NCBI GenBank assembly: GCA_016199985.1
Contig: JACQFQ010000029.1
Coordinates: forward strand, 73,440 to 137,439
Origin: Verrucomicrobiota bacterium
Lineage (GTDB): Bacteria > Verrucomicrobiota > Verrucomicrobiia > Limisphaerales > UBA11320
Length of the DNA: 64,000 bases
Direction: 5' to 3'
Below the pieces are notes generated by a model. It had not been told where the DNA came from and did no database searches. It worked only from the letters and a program-made list of their open reading frames with translations. The position numbers and the translations under genes were made by a program. Each line of letters starts with the position of its first letter. Within the stretch, counting starts at the first letter, position 1. Positions 9,191-19,029 of this stretch are shown here, in pieces.

Positions 9191-10477
9191 ATGACGAATC
9201 CAACGCCTACCGCCCATGATGACGTCGCTGGAAACCCGGCGTCGACCCCGCCCCTCCCGCCGAATCGCGGCCAGGGCTCGCCCTCCGCGACGCCGCGAGA
9301 TCCCGGCCGCAACGGCCGCGGCCGGCCGCGCGCCGGCCGATGGATCACTTGGGTTGGGGGCGCGCTCTTGATCGGTCTCCTCGTGTTCGGCTTCTGGCCG
9401 CAGCCGACGCCCGTCGAAGCCACGCGCGTGAAGTCGGGTCCGCTTCGCGTGACGGTCAGCGAGGAGGGCCGCACGAGGATTCGCCATCGATTCACCATCT
9501 CTTCGCCCGTGGCGGGGCAGCTGCGGCGCGTCCCGTTCAAGGCGGGCGCGAGGATCGAGACGAACCAGGTGCTCGCCGTGATTGATCCGCTGACGCCTCC
9601 CTTGCTGGACGCGCGAAGCCGGACGCTCTCCGAGGCGCGGCGCGAGACGGCGTTGGCGCAGTTGGAGAAGGCGAAGTCGCTGCGCTACTTCGCGGCTCGC
9701 GATCTGGAGCGATCCGAGAAGCTTCACAAGGACAGCGCGCTTTCCGCCCAGGCGCTCGAGCAGGCCCAATGGAAGGAGACCGCCGCGGCCCGGGAGGTCT
9801 CCACCGCGGAGAGCGCGCTGCGGCAGGCGGAGGCGGAGCTGGCGGTGTTTCGTCAGTCCGGCGGGCCAGGCGAGTCGCCTGTGGAGGTGCGGTCCTCGAT
9901 CTCCGGCAGCGTGCTTCGCGTGCTGGAGGAGAGTTCCCGCGTGGTCGTCTCCGGCGCCCCGATTCTTGAGATCGGGGATCCCAAAGACCTGGAGGCCGTG
10001 ATCGAAGTGCTCTCCCGCGACGGCACGCAGATCCAGCCCAACATGAAGGTGGAGCTGGACCATTGGGGCGGACCTCAACCGATCCGCGCCATCGTGCGGC
10101 TTGTCGAGCCGTCCGCGTTCACCAAGGTCTCCGCGCTGGGCGTGCAGGAGCAGCGCGTGAACATCATCGCGGACCTGGTCACGCCTCTGGACGAGCGCGG
10201 CAACCTGGGCGATCAGTTCCGCATTGAAGGCCGCGTTATCACCTGGGAAAGCGAGAATGTCCTGAAGGCGCCGTCGGGCGCTCTCTTTCATAGGGACGAT
10301 CGTTGGTGGGTCTTTGTCGTCGAGTCGGGGACGACCCAGCTTCGCGCGGTGAAGGTGGGACGCCAGAGCGGCCCCGAGGCCCAGATTCTCGAGGGGCTCC
10401 GCGAAGGCGAGGTGATCGTGATGTATCCCAGCGATCGCGTCCGGGACAAGGGACGCGTCAAGATCATCGCCCTCTGA
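9191..10477 (+). CDS. HlyD-family periplasmic adaptor (membrane fusion protein)
   Basis: There is a single N-terminal TM helix (WVGGALLIGLLVFGF), a lipoyl-like motif ISSPVAGQLRRVPFKAGARIETNQVLAVIDP, a coiled-coil segment and a beta-barrel C-terminus. Confidence 0.85.
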   Translation: MTNPTPTAHDDVAGNPASTPPLPPNRGQGSPSATPRDPGRNGRGRPRAGRWITWVGGALLIGLLVFGFWPQPTPVEATRVKSGPLRVTVSEEGRTRIRHRFTISSPVAGQLRRVPFKAGARIETNQVLAVIDPLTPPLLDARSRTLSEARRETALAQLEKAKSLRYFAARDLERSEKLHKDSALSAQALEQAQWKETAAAREVSTAESALRQAEAELAVFRQSGGPGESPVEVRSSISGSVLRVLEESSRVVVSGAPILEIGDPKDLEAVIEVLSRDGTQIQPNMKVELDHWGGPQPIRAIVRLVEPSAFTKVSALGVQEQRVNIIADLVTPLDERGNLGDQFRIEGRVITWESENVLKAPSGALFHRDDRWWVFVVESGTTQLRAVKVGRQSGPEAQILEGLREGEVIVMYPSDRVRDKGRVKIIAL

Positions 10478-10499
10478 CGGCCGCGAGCCCTCCTCGCGG

Positions 10500-11891
10500 C
10501 TATTTCGGCTGAGGCGCGGGGGCGCCGGTTCGTTGAATCACCTCGTCGGGCCTGAGTTGCTTGTCGCCCGCGTCCGGGAATTCGACTTTCGGCTGCGACC
10601 GCGCCCACTCGACGTCGCCGACGGACCGCGTCTCGTGAAGGAAGAGGTAGGTGCCCTTCTTGTTCCCGATGATCAGGTCCGGCTTCCCATCGCCGTTCAC
10701 GTCGGCGATCCCGATCTGCCTGCCCACGCCCGAGTCGCTGTCGATGAGATGAGGGATCCAATCAACGGCTCCGCCCGTCTTGCGGACCAGCTCAAACCAG
10801 TAGATCACCGCGGGCGCGGTGGGATCCGGATCTCCGCCGGGGCCGTGCGCCCAAAAGCATTTGCCGGTGACGATGTCCTTGAGCCCATCGCCATTGATGT
10901 CGACAAGCTCCACCGCGTGCAGTTGCGAGAACGCCACGCCGTAGCGGTTCTCCGACCGCTCCTTGTTCATGAAAACATGGGTTTTGAACTGCGGGTGCCC
11001 CTCGGCGTCTTTTTCGCGGAGCTGCTGGTACCATCCGAGGCCGTATCCGTGGGCGGCGATGCTGGTGACCACGTCGTTGAGCCCGTCGCCGTCGACGTCG
11101 TAGGCGAACATCTGCGCGCCGCCTCCCGGGCTGAACGCGGCCGGATGTCGTTTCCAGAGCTCGGTCGAACCGGTCGCGGGCTGTTCCCACCAGCCCCCGC
11201 GCTCAAGGATGTCCATGCGTCCGTCCCCATTCACGTCGCCCAGGCCGAGACCGTGGTTGAAGTTGCCCCACGGACCCTTCGACGAGATGGAGCGAAAGGG
11301 CCACTTCGCGGTGACGTTGTCCCAGTTGGGGGCCGCGTAACCGAAAGTGCCCGCTGAGTTGCAAATGATCTCGGGCTTTCCGTCGCCGGTCACGTCCATG
11401 AACGTGGGAGACTCATTGTCCACGGCGTCGAAGACATTGTGCCGCTCCCAGTGGCGGTCCTGGCCTTTTGGGTTGAGATACAAATACGCGGGAGTGCCGG
11501 GCAGGCCGTAGGTGAGAACATCGTTCCATCCGTCGCCGTTGAAATCGTGGACGAAGGCGAAGAAGTTGTCGCCCGAGTAGGCGTTCTTTTTTCCGAAAGC
11601 GCCTTCGAATCCGGGAATTCTTTCCTCCGTTCCGTCCGCTTTCTTGAGCGCGAAGGTGGTGGTGGCGGGATACAGCTCGTGGCGCTGGGTGAAATCGGGC
11701 CCCTCCCACCAGTAGGGCCCGGAGATGGCGTCAGGCTTGCCGTCGCGGTTCAAGTCGCCGAAACAGGCGCCTTCGCTCCAATAGTATTTATCGAGGTGAA
11801 CCTTTCGGAAGGAATGGAGCGTGTGGGTGGCGGCGGGGGCGGACAAGGGGAGAAAGCAAACCCCAAGGGCGAGGAGCAGCGACGATTTCAT
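10500..11891 (-). CDS. Secreted FG-GAP/VCBS repeat protein
   Basis: A signal peptide is present. There are at least 6 repeats of the Ca-binding motif: FNGDGWNDVL, VTGDGKPEII, VNGDGRMDIL, VDGDGLNDVV, INGDGLKDIV and VNGDGKPDLI. Confidence 0.85.
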   Translation of the reverse strand: MKSSLLLALGVCFLPLSAPAATHTLHSFRKVHLDKYYWSEGACFGDLNRDGKPDAISGPYWWEGPDFTQRHELYPATTTFALKKADGTEERIPGFEGAFGKKNAYSGDNFFAFVHDFNGDGWNDVLTYGLPGTPAYLYLNPKGQDRHWERHNVFDAVDNESPTFMDVTGDGKPEIICNSAGTFGYAAPNWDNVTAKWPFRSISSKGPWGNFNHGLGLGDVNGDGRMDILERGGWWEQPATGSTELWKRHPAAFSPGGGAQMFAYDVDGDGLNDVVTSIAAHGYGLGWYQQLREKDAEGHPQFKTHVFMNKERSENRYGVAFSQLHAVELVDINGDGLKDIVTGKCFWAHGPGGDPDPTAPAVIYWFELVRKTGGAVDWIPHLIDSDSGVGRQIGIADVNGDGKPDLIIGNKKGTYLFLHETRSVGDVEWARSQPKVEFPDAGDKQLRPDEVIQRTGAPAPQPK

Positions 11892-11941
11892 CGCAGCGTT
11901 CTGGCAGGGTTACGGCAACGAGTCAATCGCTTGTCGGAGGA

Positions 11942-13261
11942 TCATCCGTCCAGCCGTCGCCGGAAGAGGCCGCCCACGGCGTAGACCACGGCGCCGAGCA
12001 GGACAACGCCCGCGCCGAATGCGAGGGCGCTCACGGGACCCACCCGATCTCCTCTGGCGCTCCAAAGAGCAACCCCGAGGATCAAGGCGGGAAAGACCCC
12101 AAGGCCGACGGCGCCGAGAAGGCCGCCCGGAACGCGGTAAGGACGCGGCAGATCTGGCTCGCGGACGCGCAGGACCACGAGCGCCACGAACTCCAGAAGG
12201 AGACTGAGGCCGTAGAGCATGATGTCCAGGGCGACCAGTCGTTCGAAGCCGATGCCGAGGCAGAGGGCCCAGCACGCGGCGCAGACCAGGATCGCCACCC
12301 AGGGCGCGTCATTCTTGGCGATGCGCAGGGCGAAGACCTTGGGGAGGAAGCCGTCCTCCGCCAGCGCCACCGGGACGCGCGTGTAGGAGAGGACCAGCGC
12401 GTTCAGCATGCCGAAAGCGCTGATCATGCCCGCCACGACAACCGTGATCATCAGCCATCGACCGCCGACCGCGCCCGCGACGTCCGCCCAGGAACCCGTG
12501 GTCCACGACGAGGGTGGAACGCCAAGACGCGACACCGCGAGCACGGGCACGACGTAAGTCGCGGCGAGCAGCGCGACCGCGCCCATCATGGCCAGCGGAT
12601 AGGTGCGGTGCGGACGCTCCACCTCGCCGGCGACCGTCGAGGCGTTGTCCCAGCCCATGCAATTCCACATCGCGACAAGGAAACAGGAGAAGAGGCCGCC
12701 TTGCGTGAGAGGCAGGCGCTCGGTCGGCACAGCCGCCATGAGCGATTTCGGCGCGGCCAGCAGGACGATGACGGCAAACGGGGCGAGGAGCAGGACGCTC
12801 AATACAACAGAGGAGCCGCCCACCGAACGCGCGCCGCCGAGGTTGAGCGCGGCGCAGGCCGCGATCATCGCGAAGCCGACGGCGATCGCCGCCGCGCCCT
12901 CGCCCAGCGAGGGGAAGAGTCGACTCAGATAAAGCACAAAGAGGGTCGGATAGATGGCCATGTCGAAGATGCTCGCCGCAAGCGACAGCCAGGCTTCCTG
13001 GAAGCCCCAGAATCGGCCCATCGCCCGCTTGACCCAGGTGTAGTAGCCGCCGTCCTCGGGCATGGCGGCCGAAAGCTCGGCGACCATGAGCGCGGTGGGC
13101 AGGCTCCAGACGATCGGCGTGACGATGAGGATCAGGGCAGCGCCCAGGTAGCCGGCCCCGTGAATCACTTCCTCCAGGCCGAAAGGACCGCCCGCGACCA
13201 TGAAGTAGGTCGCTGTCAGCAACTGCATGACCGTCATCTTTTTTTTGCTGTGTGGTTTCAT
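11942..13261 (-). CDS. APC-superfamily amino acid permease
   Basis: The 439-aa product has about 12 hydrophobic segments and the N-terminal motif FMVAGGPFGLEE typical of APC carriers. Confidence 0.85.
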   Translation of the reverse strand: MKPHSKKKMTVMQLLTATYFMVAGGPFGLEEVIHGAGYLGAALILIVTPIVWSLPTALMVAELSAAMPEDGGYYTWVKRAMGRFWGFQEAWLSLAASIFDMAIYPTLFVLYLSRLFPSLGEGAAAIAVGFAMIAACAALNLGGARSVGGSSVVLSVLLLAPFAVIVLLAAPKSLMAAVPTERLPLTQGGLFSCFLVAMWNCMGWDNASTVAGEVERPHRTYPLAMMGAVALLAATYVVPVLAVSRLGVPPSSWTTGSWADVAGAVGGRWLMITVVVAGMISAFGMLNALVLSYTRVPVALAEDGFLPKVFALRIAKNDAPWVAILVCAACWALCLGIGFERLVALDIMLYGLSLLLEFVALVVLRVREPDLPRPYRVPGGLLGAVGLGVFPALILGVALWSARGDRVGPVSALAFGAGVVLLGAVVYAVGGLFRRRLDG

Positions 13262-13446
13262 TATTGGAATCTCAACAGCCGAAACCCGTCAGGCGACTCC
13301 GCGGACGCGAAGGGGAAAACGGCGGCCAGAGTCGCTCCTGTATCGCGGGTCCAGGGCAAGGCCGTCGCGCTCGACGACCCTTCGCGACTTTTCCCGCATC
13401 CAAGCCTCAGCCAGGTTATGAAGCGCGCCATGCCCCGCCGCGGAGC

Positions 13447-15240
13447 TTACGCGCGCAGCAGCGCGGGGTAGGAGGCGACTTCGCTCAAGCGCTGCGCGAC
13501 TTTCCGCTTCAGCGCGGTGGCGTTCAGGGGGGTCCATCGGAGCAGGCGTTTCACGATGCCCAGCTGCGTCTTCAATTCGTCGCCTTCCGCCCAGCTTGCG
13601 AGCGTCGCTCGAGCCGTGTTCTCCATCCGGGTCGCGGCGTCGTTCACCGCGATCGCGGCCAGGGTCGCGTGGCTCCCTGAAGCGTCCGCTTTCCCCGCGT
13701 GCTTTTGCGCCCGGAGCACCGCGCTTTCGGCCAGATAGATGTCGATGATCAGGTCGCTCAATCCCGCCAGAACCTCCTGCTGGTCGATGAGTTTCTCTCC
13801 GAACTTCTGATAGGCCGCGCCGGAAAGAAACAGCGCCACCTTCTTCGCGTTCGCGAGAAGCGAGCGTCCGCTTCGCAGCGGATCGGGAAACTCTTCAGGC
13901 GCGGCGAGGTCAAACAGCTCCTTCACGATCTTCGCCACCGCGGGCATGAGAGGGAAACGCCCCCGCTGCGAGCGGCGCATCAGCAGCCCGGGAATGAACA
14001 GCCGGTTGATCTCGTTTGTGCCTTCAAAAATCCGGTTGATGCGCGAGTCCCGATACGCGCGCGCCGCGGGGAACTCCTCGGTGTAGCCATAGCCCCCGTG
14101 GATCTGCAGCGTCTCATCGGCGGCGCGATCCAGGGTTTCGCTGCACGCCACCTTGATGATCGAGCACTCGAGCGCGAACTCGTCCAGGCCGCGCGGGAAC
14201 GCGGGATTCATCGAATCCATGAGCTCGCCGGTCTCCATCACGGCGTCGATCATCGCGGCCGTGCGATAGACCGCGCTCTCGGCGGCGTAAATCTTCGCGG
14301 CGATGTGGCCGAGCTTCTGCTGGATCAATCCAAACGAGCCGATCGTTTTGCCGAACTGCGATCGCTCCCCGGCGTATCGCGCGGCGACGCGCAACAGATC
14401 CTTCGACGCCCCCACGGCTCCGGCCCCGAGCCCGAAGCGGCCGAAGTTGAGAATGTTGAAAGCGATGTAAGCGCCCTTGCCCGCCTCGCCCAGGAGCTGG
14501 TCCTTCGACACTGTGGCGTCCTCCAGAACGACGCGGCGCGTGGATGAGGTCTTGATACCCAGCTTGTGCTCCTCCTTGCCGACCGACAAACCGGGAGTCG
14601 TCCGCTCGACCAAAAAAGCGGTGACATGTTGTCCGTCGATCTTCGCGAACACAGTGAACAAATCCGCCCAGCCGGCGTTGGAGATCCACATCTTCGTTCC
14701 GTTGAGGACGTAGCTCTTGCCATCCGAAGTCAGCGTCGCCTTCGCGCGCATCGCGAGAGCGTCGGAGCCCGACGCGGGCTCGCTCAGGCAGTAGGCCGCC
14801 ATCCATTCGCCGCTCGCCAAACGCGGGAGGTACTTCTTCTTCTGCTCCGGCGTGCCGAAGTAGACGAGGGGCTGCGTTCCGATGCCGCTGTGCGCCCCGC
14901 ACGTGACGCCAAACCCTCCGAGCCGCGTGAGTTGCTCGGACACACCCACGGACGCGACCTTGCCCAGGCCGAGTCCGCCGTATTCCTCGGGCACTTCGCC
15001 GCCGAGCAACCCGATCTGACCCGCTTTCTTGAACGCCTGGACGGCGAGGCCGGGTTCCTGATGCTCGAGCGCTTCGACCTGGCTGAGCACCTCCTTCTCC
15101 ATGAACTTTCCGGCGGTCTCCGCCATCTGTCGGAGATCCGAGGACAGTTCCTCGGGCGTGAAAACGTTCTGTGTGTCTGTCTCGTGCAGGAGGAAGTTCC
15201 CGCCGATCAGATGCGGAGCCAAGGGTTTCAAGTCAGCCAT
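13447..15240 (-). CDS. Acyl-CoA dehydrogenase (long, FadE-like)
   Basis: The 597-aa product contains CLSEPASGSDA, TKMWISNAG and QIHGGYGYTEEFP. It is the last gene of the beta-oxidation operon. Confidence 0.9.
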   Translation of the reverse strand: MADLKPLAPHLIGGNFLLHETDTQNVFTPEELSSDLRQMAETAGKFMEKEVLSQVEALEHQEPGLAVQAFKKAGQIGLLGGEVPEEYGGLGLGKVASVGVSEQLTRLGGFGVTCGAHSGIGTQPLVYFGTPEQKKKYLPRLASGEWMAAYCLSEPASGSDALAMRAKATLTSDGKSYVLNGTKMWISNAGWADLFTVFAKIDGQHVTAFLVERTTPGLSVGKEEHKLGIKTSSTRRVVLEDATVSKDQLLGEAGKGAYIAFNILNFGRFGLGAGAVGASKDLLRVAARYAGERSQFGKTIGSFGLIQQKLGHIAAKIYAAESAVYRTAAMIDAVMETGELMDSMNPAFPRGLDEFALECSIIKVACSETLDRAADETLQIHGGYGYTEEFPAARAYRDSRINRIFEGTNEINRLFIPGLLMRRSQRGRFPLMPAVAKIVKELFDLAAPEEFPDPLRSGRSLLANAKKVALFLSGAAYQKFGEKLIDQQEVLAGLSDLIIDIYLAESAVLRAQKHAGKADASGSHATLAAIAVNDAATRMENTARATLASWAEGDELKTQLGIVKRLLRWTPLNATALKRKVAQRLSEVASYPALLRA

Positions 15241-15261
15241 AAGTTGTCTCTTTCTCTGGGC

Positions 15262-17292
15262 TCACAGCCCCAATTGTTCCACCAAAATCTCCGCCAAATC
15301 CTTCACCGGCGTCTCGGATCCGGACGCCGCGACTCCGTCCTTCATCATCGTCAGGCAAAACGGGCAGCCCACCGCGATTGTTTTCGCGCCGGTGGCGAGC
15401 GCCTGGGCGGCCCGCTGCGTCGAGACGCGCTGCGCCGTCGGTTCCTCCATCCACATGCGGCCGCCGCCCGCTCCGCAGCACGATGTTTTCTCGCGTCGCG
15501 CGGACATCTCGGTCGGCCGCTCGCCCGTCGCGGCCTGGAGCATATCGCGGGGCGCCTGGTGAATTCCGTTGGCCCGGGCCAGGTAGCAGGGATCGTGGTA
15601 GGTCACAAGTCCCGGCGGGGCCGCGCGCAATCCCTCCGCGGGACGAAGCCTCCCCGCCTCGAGCAGCTCCGCCAGGAGCTGCGAATGATGCTGAACCTCG
15701 TAATCGCCGCCGAACGCGCGATAATCCTTGAGGAGCGCGTTGAGGCAGTGAGGACAATGCGCGACGATCTTCCTCACCTTGTATCGGGCGAGGGTCGCTA
15801 TGTTGATCTGCGCGAGCTCCTGGAAGAGAAACTCATCGCCGAGGCGTCGCGCGGAATCTCCGGTGCATCGCTCCTCCTTTCCCAGGATGGCGAAATTGAC
15901 CTTTGCGGCCTTGAGCAGGCGGACCACCGACCGCGTCACGCGCTGAGCGCGGCGGTCGTACGCTCCGGCGCATCCGACCCAATACAGAAGCTCGAAGTCC
16001 GGATTCTCCTGGACAGTGGGCGCGCCAAAACCCACTGAAATCTCGGCGCTGTTCCAATCCGAGCGCTCGTTCGCCGGCAGCCCCCACGGGTTCCCGCTCG
16101 ACTGCATGCGTCGGAGCGCCACCGCCGCCGTCCCGCTGAGGCCGCCGTCCGCGACGAGATGTCGTCGCATCTCCAGGATGGCGCCCACGGGATCCACTCG
16201 CGCCGGGCAGACGGAAGCGCAGGCGTTGCACGCCGTGCAGGCCCAAAGTGTTTCAGGGCCGATGGATTCATGCACCGCGTTCCAGCGACGCGAGGTCATC
16301 AGCTGCTTCAGGTCCTGAACAACCTTTTTCGGCGACAGCGGCTTTGACGTCGCATGGGCCGGGCAGGCCTCCTCGCAGCGTCCGCACTCCATGCAGGCGT
16401 CGAGGCTGAGGAGCTGCTGCTGCGTGAAATGACGGACGTCGCTCACGCCGATGCGCTCCTCCTTCTCGACCTGCTCCATCGTCACGGGAACCATCGAGCC
16501 GAGCGCGGGGCGCACGAGCAGCAGGTTGAAAGGGATGGCGATGGTGTGGAGCAATCGCGTGAAGGGGATCGACGCGATGAAGCCGAGGACCAGAATGGAA
16601 TGGACCCACCACACGGCGAGATGCGCCGATCGGGCGCTGGATTCCGTCCATCCGGCGAACGCGGACGCGACCCACAGCCCGACCGGGGAACAATGCGCGC
16701 CGATCCCGTCGGGCTTCTGCCATGTGATCCGCAACCCCTCCACCAGATAGCCCGTGAGGCCAATCGCGATGAAGGAGTCGACCACCCACCAGTCGGTGGC
16801 GCGATGTCCAACGCTGCCCGGCAGGCGAAGCCGCCGCCATAGGAAGTAGGAGCATCCTGCGAGGAACAGGACTCCGGCGACGTCCAGGGTGTATTCGTAG
16901 GCGACGTAGTAGGCGCCTTGATGAAAGTGGAGCCGCTTCGAAGCCATCGCCGCGAGGTGATCGATCTCGAGCAGTGTCGTGCCGGCGAACAGCGCCAGAA
17001 AGCCGAGGAAGAGGAGGACATGGGCGCGTCCCGCGAGGCCCCGATCCTTCACGCGCTCCTGGCCCAGCCCTTCAACGAGCAATCGTCGGAGCCCGGGCCG
17101 CGCCGCTTTGACGATCTCGATCAAGCGGGTCTTGAAGAGCTCCCGTAGTCCTATCGAGCGGCCTTCGCGCCAGAGTCGGAATCGTCTCCAGACGCCCCAG
17201 GCGAAGCAGGCGCAGGCCGCGGCCGTGAGCGCGTAGAAAAGCCACTGCGAAAGAGGCGGGATGTTCCCGAAGGTCTCGCGCGTCGGAGTCAT
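15262..17292 (-). CDS. Membrane-bound Fe-S oxidoreductase (EtfD / heterodisulfide-reductase-like; candidate ETF:quinone oxidoreductase)
   Basis: The N-terminus is multi-TM. There are two 4Fe-4S motifs, CMECGRCEEACP and CTACNACASVCP, and two CCG-type Cys-rich motifs (HCPHC..., SCCGAGGG...VGCPFC). A 4-nt overlap joins it to etfA. Confidence 0.8.
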   Translation of the reverse strand: MTPTRETFGNIPPLSQWLFYALTAAACACFAWGVWRRFRLWREGRSIGLRELFKTRLIEIVKAARPGLRRLLVEGLGQERVKDRGLAGRAHVLLFLGFLALFAGTTLLEIDHLAAMASKRLHFHQGAYYVAYEYTLDVAGVLFLAGCSYFLWRRLRLPGSVGHRATDWWVVDSFIAIGLTGYLVEGLRITWQKPDGIGAHCSPVGLWVASAFAGWTESSARSAHLAVWWVHSILVLGFIASIPFTRLLHTIAIPFNLLLVRPALGSMVPVTMEQVEKEERIGVSDVRHFTQQQLLSLDACMECGRCEEACPAHATSKPLSPKKVVQDLKQLMTSRRWNAVHESIGPETLWACTACNACASVCPARVDPVGAILEMRRHLVADGGLSGTAAVALRRMQSSGNPWGLPANERSDWNSAEISVGFGAPTVQENPDFELLYWVGCAGAYDRRAQRVTRSVVRLLKAAKVNFAILGKEERCTGDSARRLGDEFLFQELAQINIATLARYKVRKIVAHCPHCLNALLKDYRAFGGDYEVQHHSQLLAELLEAGRLRPAEGLRAAPPGLVTYHDPCYLARANGIHQAPRDMLQAATGERPTEMSARREKTSCCGAGGGRMWMEEPTAQRVSTQRAAQALATGAKTIAVGCPFCLTMMKDGVAASGSETPVKDLAEILVEQLGL

Positions 17293-18266
17293 CGCTTCTC
17301 AATCTTGCCCAGCCATTCCGGGATCGCCTGGTAAACGTCGGCCACCAATCCGTAGTCCGCCACCTCGAAGATGGGCGCCTCCGGATCCTTGTTGATCGCG
17401 ACGATCACCTTCGTGTCCTTCATGCCCGCCATATGCTGGATCGCTCCGGAGATGCCGACCGCGATGTACAGATCGGGCGCGACCACCTTGCCCGTCTGTC
17501 CGATCTGCAGCGAGTTGGGCGTGATCCCGGAATCGACCAGCGCCCGGCTGGAGCCGACGGCGCCGCCGAGGGCGTCGGCGAGGCCTCCGACCAGTCTTTC
17601 GAAATCTTCGGCGTTCTTCAGGGCTCGTCCCCCTGAAACCACGATGCGCGCTTCCGTGGCGTCAGGTCGGCCGGAGATTCGCTGCTCGCGCGCCACGAAC
17701 TGGGTGTCCCCGACGGACGGTTGCTTCGCGAGTTGGAGCGGAACGATGGGAGACTCGGCGGATTGCGCGGAGGGAGCGGAGAAGGCCGCGGCGCGAACCG
17801 TGATCACCCGCAGCGGGCCGTCGAGCCGCACGGTGGCCAGCGCGTTGCCGGCGTGGAGGACGCGCTTGAAGAGAAGGCCGCGGTCGTCGCGCCGAACATC
17901 CACGACATCGCTGATCATCCCGGCGTCGAGAAGCGCGGCGGCGCGCGGGAGGATGTCCTTGGTCAGGGTGGACGCGGCGCCCGCGACGCAGTCCGCCTGG
18001 CAGGATCGCGCCGCGTCCACAACGGCGGACGCCCATCGATCGGCCAGGGGCTCCGACAGCGTTGAGTCATCGGCGAGGATCACGCTGGTCGCTCCGTGGC
18101 GACGCAGGCCGTTCGCGACGGCCTCCACCTGATGTCCGATCACGAGCGCGTGGATCTCCCCGCCGCCGGCGATCTCAACGAGCTTCGCCGCAAAACCCAG
18201 CGCGGCCAGGGTGGCGAGCTTCAGCTGTCCCCGCTCGTGTTCCGCAAGCACTAGAATGCGCGCCAT
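17289..18266 (-). CDS. etfA: Electron transfer flavoprotein alpha subunit
   Basis: The 325-aa product has the C-terminal FAD-binding motifs VVSGGRAL, QIGQTGKVVAPDLYIAVGISGAIQH and INKDPEAPIF. Confidence 0.9.
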   Translation of the reverse strand: MARILVLAEHERGQLKLATLAALGFAAKLVEIAGGGEIHALVIGHQVEAVANGLRRHGATSVILADDSTLSEPLADRWASAVVDAARSCQADCVAGAASTLTKDILPRAAALLDAGMISDVVDVRRDDRGLLFKRVLHAGNALATVRLDGPLRVITVRAAAFSAPSAQSAESPIVPLQLAKQPSVGDTQFVAREQRISGRPDATEARIVVSGGRALKNAEDFERLVGGLADALGGAVGSSRALVDSGITPNSLQIGQTGKVVAPDLYIAVGISGAIQHMAGMKDTKVIVAINKDPEAPIFEVADYGLVADVYQAIPEWLGKIEKR

Positions 18267-18272
18267 AGATGA

Positions 18273-19028
18273 CTACAAGATCTTCGCTTCGTTCCTGAGC
18301 TTCTCGATGAGCGCGTCCACCGACGCGACGCGAACGCCCGCCTTTCGTTTCGGCGGCGCCTCCATGGAAACCAGATGGGTCCGGGACTTCGCCAGGGGAG
18401 CAACCTCTGACGCCTTCAGGTTTTCCACCGGCTTCTTCTTCGCCTTCATGATCCCGGGCAGCGACACATAGCGCGGCTCGTTGAGCCGGAGGTCGGTGGT
18501 AATGACGGCGGGGAGTTTTACGACGATGGTTTCGATTCCGGAGTCGGTTTCGCGTCCGCATCGGGCGCGGCTGTTGGCGTCTGTCAGCTCCAGTTTGGAG
18601 ACGAAGGTCGCCTGAGGCAGCGACAAAAGCCCCGCGAGCATCTGGCCCGCCTGATTGGAATCGTCGTCGATGGCCTGCTTGCCCATCAAGATGAGCGAAG
18701 GCTTCTCCCGCTCGCACAGCGCGGCGAGCACTTGGGCGACGGCCAGGGAATCGAGATCTCCGTCGGATTGGATCCAGATCCCGCGGTCGGCGCCCATCGC
18801 AAGCCCGACGCGCAGCTGCTCGACGCAGTCCTCGGCGCCGACGCTCGCGACAACGATCTCGCAATCGACGCCGCGCTCCCGGATGCGAAGCGCTTCTTCC
18901 ACGGCGATGGCGTCGAAGGGATTCGCGGAGTGCTTGATTCCGTCGGTCACGATGCCGGACCCGTCCGGCTTGACGCGGATGCGCGTGTCGGGGTCGGGGA
19001 CCCGCTTGATGGTCACGAGGATTTTCAT
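18273..19028 (-). CDS. etfB: Electron transfer flavoprotein beta subunit
   Basis: The start MKILVTIKRVPD is typical of EtfB (ATG at 19028, preferred over 19049). The motif LILMGKQAIDDDSNQ is present. Confidence 0.9.
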   Translation of the reverse strand: MKILVTIKRVPDPDTRIRVKPDGSGIVTDGIKHSANPFDAIAVEEALRIRERGVDCEIVVASVGAEDCVEQLRVGLAMGADRGIWIQSDGDLDSLAVAQVLAALCEREKPSLILMGKQAIDDDSNQAGQMLAGLLSLPQATFVSKLELTDANSRARCGRETDSGIETIVVKLPAVITTDLRLNEPRYVSLPGIMKAKKKPVENLKASEVAPLAKSRTHLVSMEAPPKRKAGVRVASVDALIEKLRNEAKIL

Positions 19029-19029
19029 C

